Below, in pieces: positions 57,326 through 64,000 of a stretch of 64,000 nucleotides of DNA. Under the pieces are notes generated by a model. It saw nothing but the letters and a program-made list of their open reading frames with translations. It did no database searches and was not told the DNA's origin. Position numbers and translations under genes: made by a program. The stretch is taken from the NCBI GenBank assembly GCA_951406725.2, contig OX597826.1:67208001-67272000 (forward strand). Reading direction: 5' to 3'. Each line of letters begins with the position of its first letter. Position 1 is the stretch's first letter. The stretch is from Octopus vulgaris (taxonomy: Eukaryota).

Positions 57326-57633
57326 CCTGAGAACCTTACAGAAGATATGTATGTATCACATTATTTTGCATATTAATTGATAAGTGTATTAAGCATGGCA
57401 ATTTAACAACTGGATGTGTAAGTCCTTTTACAAACCAAGTTTTGGTAACTAATTGAAACTCAATTTATACAACTATTTTACTTTATATTGTGACATCATG
57501 CTTCACTTGTATGAATGATTGGTAACGTGAGATTCAGAAAAACAATAGAAAAAGTTTTAGCTTCTAATGAAATATACAAAACTAGTTTTATGTACTGAGT
57601 AGCCTATACTTTGTTTACATATGTTTAACAAAC

Positions 57634-57698
<65 letters not shown>

Positions 57699-58005
57699 AT
57701 ATCTATATGCACACATACGTACGCACACACATACACACACACACACTTGTACACTTACATACGAATATATAACTCTTCTCATTGTATGCCATTATACAGG
57801 TGCAATGAACTCATTACCCGCTGTTTATGGTGTTATTGTTAACAGCAGGTACAAAACTCATCTTCTTTGACCAGAATGATCAGAAAACAGAAAGATTGTT
57901 AAAATAGATACTTTGAGAAAAAAAACCATTGATATACATTTACCGAATGTATTGTGTGTGTGACTGCTTTTCTATAGTTATGCATTAAGGTGTATGTTTA
58001 ATATA

Positions 58006-58672
58006 TTTCTCGACCGTATTGTAACTTGCGATGAAAACTAAATTCTGTACTATAATAAAAATAAAAAAAAACGTTCTTCGCAGTAGATGGACCAAAATGA
58101 AGCACCAAAAACTTCCCTAAACCCAAGCTCTTCTAAAAGAAGGTTATGGTGACTGTTTGGTGGTGTACTGCTTGGCTCATCCACAATAACTTCTTAATAC
58201 CCGGAAAAAATATTTATGTAGAAGCATATTGCTATGAAATTGCCAAAATGAAAGAAAAACTGCTTCTCCTCCATCACATACTGGTTAACAGAAGAGGGTT
58301 AATCATTCTTCATGACAATGCTCGACCACACGTTTCCCTAATGATGCTCCAGAAGTTGAGGAAACTTGGCTACGAAGTTCTTCTCTACCTAGCTTATTCC
58401 CCAAAACTTTCCTCTACCGACTACCACTTTTTCAAGTACTTTCTCTGCGAGAGAAAGAGTTAAAAAATCAAACCGATGTTGAAAGTGCATTAAAAGAGTC
58501 CTCAGCTCCAGAACTACAGGTTTTTAATGTTACCGGAATCAACAAACTTGTTGGCAAAAATGTGTTGATAGTAATGGTACTTACTTTCATATATAAAATT
58601 TCCGCATTGTTGAAATATATTGTGATGATTTTCATGTTTCAAAACGTTACTTACTCTTTACTCAGCCTGATA
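58006..58672 (+). mobile_element. Decayed mariner (DD34D) transposon, 3' half
   Basis: FLDRIVTCDE..KKVMVTVWW..LHDNARPH-(34 aa D-D spacing)-YSPKLSSTDYHFF; TIR-like end near 58672. Confidence 0.9.
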
Positions 58673-59479
58673 GATTGCTGTATGTTGTGGCCAAGAAAAT
58701 TGGTGATGTCAGTGGACTCCTGGTCGGTCATCATAACCTTGAAGGGATCTACTGGAATTTCTGTGAATAAATAAGTTGTTCTATTTCAAAAACGTTTTCC
58801 GGGCAAGGATGTTAATTACAATTTCTTTGTTTGTGATTTTACCGAGCGATTAAGCAAAATTTGCTGCGTTTCACAATACCTGCAGCATGATCAACAGATA
58901 ATAGTTTCAAACGTTAAAATAGAAAGAAGTTCCTATCGTTTTTTCCCTCTTTTTTTTCCTGGGAGATTGCCTTAAACTATTTAATCAGATTCAATTCAAA
59001 AATCTAAGAACTAAAGATAAGCACAAGCTTGGGTTTTTTTTTTACTCGAAGGTCTGTTGGTTCAAGGATACGTTTAGAATCAGTCTAATTGCCGCTGGTC
59101 CCCGTTAAAATGTCTTATACGATCCCTGTATGTAACGGCACATGTTAGCATTAAGTTTGAAAGAGAGAGAGAGAAGGAAGAATAGAGAGAAGGGGAGAGG
59201 GAGAGAGAGAAAGACAGAGAGAAAGATAGACAGGGACAGAAAGAGAGGGAGATGGAGAGGAAAAGAGAGAGACAGACAGACAGAAAAAGAGGAGATGGAA
59301 AAGAGAAAGATAAAGTGATAATGATAAAGGGAGAGAGTCGGCAAGCCAATTGAAGCAGAGGGGTGGTCAGTGGAGAGGACAAAAGAAACACATACCCAAG
59401 TACTTACGCACACACTTATCGCAAACATAAGTACACATCGTGCGTGTCTAACTTTCTGTCTTTCTCTCTCTCTCTCTCT

Positions 59480-59631
59480 CTGGCCGTGTGGTAAGATGCT
59501 TGCATCCCAACCACATGGTTCCGGGTTCAGTCCCCCTGCGTGACATCCCGGGCAGTGTCTTCTACTACAGCCATGGGCCGACCAAAACTTTGTGAGTGGA
59601 TTTGGTAGAAAGAAACTGGAAGAAGCCCGTC

Positions 59632-59667
<36 letters not shown>
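59480..59667 (+). mobile_element. SINE family A head
   Basis: tggccgtgtggtaag..ccgggttcagtccc..gaagcccgtcg(TA)n. Confidence 0.85.
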
Positions 59668-59802
59668 TCTGTTGTGTCTGGGGAGAGTCATTTTCTTTTT
59701 GTGCCGTATAATGTAACACACCGGTAAAATTTCCACTTTTTTCTTATTTTTATTTTTGCTTTCCTAAAATATTCATTGCATTGCGTCTTGCAACCTTTTC
59801 AA

Positions 59803-59860
<58 letters not shown>

Positions 59861-60756
59861 TGATGGAGAGAGACCGATATCAATTATGTGGGTAGATATA
59901 TTCATAGGTATTAACATCTATATCTATCTAGCTATACATACATCCACACATACATACACACACACACATACACACATATATATACACACATATACATACA
60001 CACATACACATACATACACACATACACAAGCACCTACACGCACACACACATGCACATACACTCGCATACACGGTCGTACACACACATATACACACACAAA
60101 TAATATTATATAAGCACACAGGGACAAACTCACACGGGCATACACACGCCCATACATGTTATAGAGGCGCATATAAACAAAACGAGAAATTTTCATTACT
60201 TTAATTTGGTGATATCAGTTTCGAGTTCCTCTTGTTTCTACACTAATCAATTTATATCTTTAAATCCATTTAATCTATAATCGGTTTCATACCACTCATA
60301 CAGCACTTAAGAAAAAAACACAACCTATGTCCTTGTAGAGAGAATTTGCTTTTAACCTCGTGAAATTAAATGTAGCTGTGTAAACTTGCATCTCGTCACT
60401 AGGGAACACTTAGGCTTGGTTACAAATACACCGTACACATACACATACACACATATACACGAACTAACACACACGCATATATACAGACATGAATTCGTGT
60501 TCATTGAAATATGTACATGTGTAAAGCTATCTTCTTAAGTACTGGCATATTTTATGTACAGGCTCACACACAGACACAGATACTGAAACACACACACACA
60601 CACACACACACACTGAAACACACGTATACACACCCGCACAGACATACACACATACACACAAACAGACATACACTCGGACACACAAACACAGAAGAAACAG
60701 ACACACACAGAAAGAGACATACATACATGCATACAGACATACATACACACGTACAA

Positions 60757-60828
<72 letters not shown>

Positions 60829-61799
60829 AGGCTGTTCAGGCTAAATTTGACAGTTTGCATAAAAATAAAATAAAATAAAATATTCTCTTAAAAAATAAAA
60901 GTATTTTAATTTTTAAAAAAACCCAAAAACTATCCACTAGTTTATGGCTGGAAGATAACAGCTCCGGAACTTGCTCATGCGTTTCACCATGTGACACTCG
61001 GTAGATCTTCGAAAACACTTTGATCTTACCCACTAAGTCTTCAACGCCGCTCACTGTTAATCAATACACCAAGCTGTTACTATAAAAAGAAGAGACAAAA
61101 TAGTCGTGAAATTTAGACCGAACATCCAGGATATATACACTCTTGTATACGCAGTGACAGCCCTAACTAGTTATGTGTATAAATGTAAGATTGTCAGCTG
61201 TTCAAATATTCTTCAGGCATATTCGAACCCACAACAAAACTATTCACCCTGTTTTGTCATAGAGAAAATTTCTCGCTGTCGACGAATGAGTGTAAATACA
61301 CCGATCCAGCTCACAGCGACCGCTAACCAGGCTGCAGGATGCATTCATTTCGGAGTGGTTATCTCCTCTTCAGCAGCAGAGACTGGAAAGTTAGATGGTG
61401 CGAAATGAGACTCGTGACAGGTCCCTCATAGGATATTCCTGTCATCATTCAGTGACTGGCTGCTATTTTTGGTGGCCCTCCGTACATTAAATACAGGGTG
61501 AGAGCACCAAGCTGTAATGTCCTTAAATACGAACATGTTACCAGTTCAAATAAACTTGAGAGTTATTCATACCTTGAGGCATATTCGAACTTATTTACTC
61601 AAGTGCTAATGAATATCTGTCTTTCTTTGTCTCACACACGTATATACAAACATAGATACTTTTGTCTGCGCATGTACATGTATGTAAATATACATATGCA
61701 TATACACATACCTACATATGTGAGTGTGCGTTTGTGTATATAGGAGAGTTCATGCATAGACATAATACACACACATAAACATATGCCCACATGCAATGT

Positions 61800-62520
61800 C
61801 AGTGGCGTGCTGTTATGAATGCCGAATACAGTAAATTATTATATTAATTTCCTTAGTTTCAATTTTCATTGTATCACTTCAACAATCGAATACTGTGTTT
61901 AATAGAGTCAATCAAAACACCGGCAAGAAGTACAATATTATCAAGGAGAGTTTGAGAAATTTAATAGTTTGCCGAAGATTTCGCAAAATTGATTGAAAAT
62001 ATTTCAAGAGAATCTTCTTTTTCTTTCGAGAGCGAGGCATTGTATAAACAATTGCAGACTTTTATAACTGTCCAGTGCAATTAAATAATTTTTAATTAAC
62101 TTAAACTCGGTTCTCTTCTCGGTTCTTATTTCAATCTGACGTGTTTGGATGCCACAAGTTTTGCTGTTACATAATCGTAAGTATTGTCTGCCAATCATAC
62201 TTGAAGTACGTCAAACGTGGGTTAAAGTCTGTCTTTAGTACCACGGTGTAGCCAGCAGTACCGTGGTACTAAGCAACTCTAAGACGTTCAAGAAAAATGT
62301 AAGGTGCTATGATACAAACAAGGTTAATTAAACATCTAATCATAGTTTTCTGGAAATTTCGTGTGCATTACATTGTGGACATCGGAAAAATATGTACGTA
62401 AGCATCGGTCACAGCTCGTTAGAATTTTAGTTTTGGTCGAAGTTTTTCTCATCAGAGAAAATCCAAAGTATGCTTTGTCCGTGGGAGTTTCTAACCTTTC
62501 TAAAGAAACATTTGACAACA
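61800..62520 (-). pseudogene. Possible hAT transposase C-terminal relic
   Basis: cagtggcgtgc terminus at 61800; minus strand FKLIKNYL resembles the hAT dimerisation motif. Heavily decayed. Confidence 0.4.
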
Positions 62521-62529
62521 ATGATTTCA

Positions 62530-62612
<83 letters not shown>
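62530..62612. repeat. (TATC)n microsatellite (similar array at 57633-57700)
   Basis: Direct inspection. Confidence 0.95.
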
Positions 62613-63169
62613 AACGGCAGCCAACGGGCAGAATAGTTGGAACCCTCCTTAAACAATGACTTGCACAGTTTATTTTGATACTTCAAGATTTCTGAGCTAT
62701 CCTGCCGATGTGAAATTTGCTTCTCATCCCGTCGGGATCAGTAATACAAATAATCATTGAAGTATTTGTGCCGATGGCATCAACTAACTAACCACTACCA
62801 CTGAACAATAAAAGGCATTATGCCTCAATTAGAAACCCATATCTACAGAGAAAGACAGAGAAAACGAGATTGATAGAGAGAGAGAGAGAGGGAAAGAGAG
62901 AGGGAGAGAGAGAGAGAGAGAGGGACGGACGGAGGGGGAGGTGTATATTTGCTAAAATCAGTCCATTGAGATTCGACATCTATATGCTTATAATAGCGAG
63001 TGTTGTTGCGAACTTTTATCAACAGGTTACCCTCTTAAGAGCACTGCGAACATCCGAGTGTCTGCTAGATCTTTACCGAGGCTTTATTTACTATAATCGT
63101 AGCTTGTCAAATTGAAATTATTCTACAGTTCCTAACTGCTGAATGTAACGAAGTACACTACAACAAATA

Positions 63170-63516
63170 CTCTTTCTTTTTACTCTTTTACACGTTTCAG
63201 TCATGTGACTGTGGCCATGCTGGAGCACCGTCTTTAGTCGAGCAAATAGATCTCAGGACTTATTCTTTGTAAGCGAAGTACTTATTCTATCGGTCTCTTT
63301 TGCCGAACCGCTAAGTTACGAGGACGTAAACACACCAGCATCGGTTCTCAAGTGATGCTGGGGGGGGGACAAACACACACACACAAACACTCATAAACAC
63401 ACACACACGCACACACACACACACACACTCACACACACACACACACGTACATACATATATACGACGGGCTTCTTTAAGTTTCCGTCTACCAAATACACTC
63501 GCTAGGCTTTGGTCGG

Positions 63517-63518
<2 letters not shown>
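63170..63518 (-). mobile_element. SINE family A, 5'-truncated
   Basis: Colinear with the family A reverse complement. Confidence 0.88.
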
Positions 63519-63560
<42 letters not shown>

Positions 63561-63664
63561 GACTAAAGCCATCTGAATATGGCTAGTCCCTTATGTTATC
63601 GAGCAGTTACTGTCTATATCTCTTTTAGAGAATTATTATTGCTATATATATATATATATACACA

Positions 63665-63696
<32 letters not shown>

Positions 63697-64000
63697 CGGA
63701 GCAAATGATTCAGGAGAAAATATTTGCGAAGATATTAATGAGTTTATTATTATCTAATGTAACAATAAAAAATTATAATAAAAGAATCAATAATATAGGC
63801 GATTGCAGGCCCCAAAATCATTAAATAGATGAAGGATCATAATTGATCAAAGGACAAAATAACTATGTCTACCTGCTGGAATTATGTCAAAAGCTTTATT
63901 TATATCGCCGGTTGATATCTGTAGTTTCCATCAGATGTTTTCGGCGATTGAAATAAGAGTTTTGACTGTTATTTCCAACAGGCAGACATACTTAGTATAT

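Noticed and set aside
61106-61500. Higher-GC unique segment with a 100-aa ORF (similarly 36805-37122 and 23170-23407)
   Set aside because: No recognisable domain or consistent exon structure; left unannotated.

Overview
This is an AT-rich, extremely microsatellite-dense eukaryotic window. I infer an Octopus (coleoid cephalopod) intergenic or intronic region from the SINE families and repeat load. I find no supportable host protein-coding gene, and almost every ORF in the track is a translated microsatellite or SINE. The window is mostly mobile DNA: three abundant tRNA-derived SINE families; decayed Tc1, mariner, Chapaev-3-like and probable hAT transposases; several TIR-bearing MITEs; fragments of RTE and restriction-like-endonuclease (R4/Dong-type) LINEs; a Penelope-like element (PLE) GIY-YIG remnant; and a tiny LTR+PBS element. 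The most interesting signals are five. (1) Hammerhead-ribozyme motifs, including an extended type I fold at ~4972-5039. (2) A head-to-head palindromic dimer of a tRNA-head/(AAT)n/minimal-hammerhead element flanked by a 13-bp direct repeat (55158-55973). (3) SINE arrays sharing one fixed internal junction, suggesting self-targeted insertion. (4) A Tc1 transposase with an apparent spliceosomal intron. (5) A ~186-bp LTR relic with a tRNA-Ser primer-binding site. Family names come from motif recognition by eye, not database searches, and boundaries of decayed elements are approximate.
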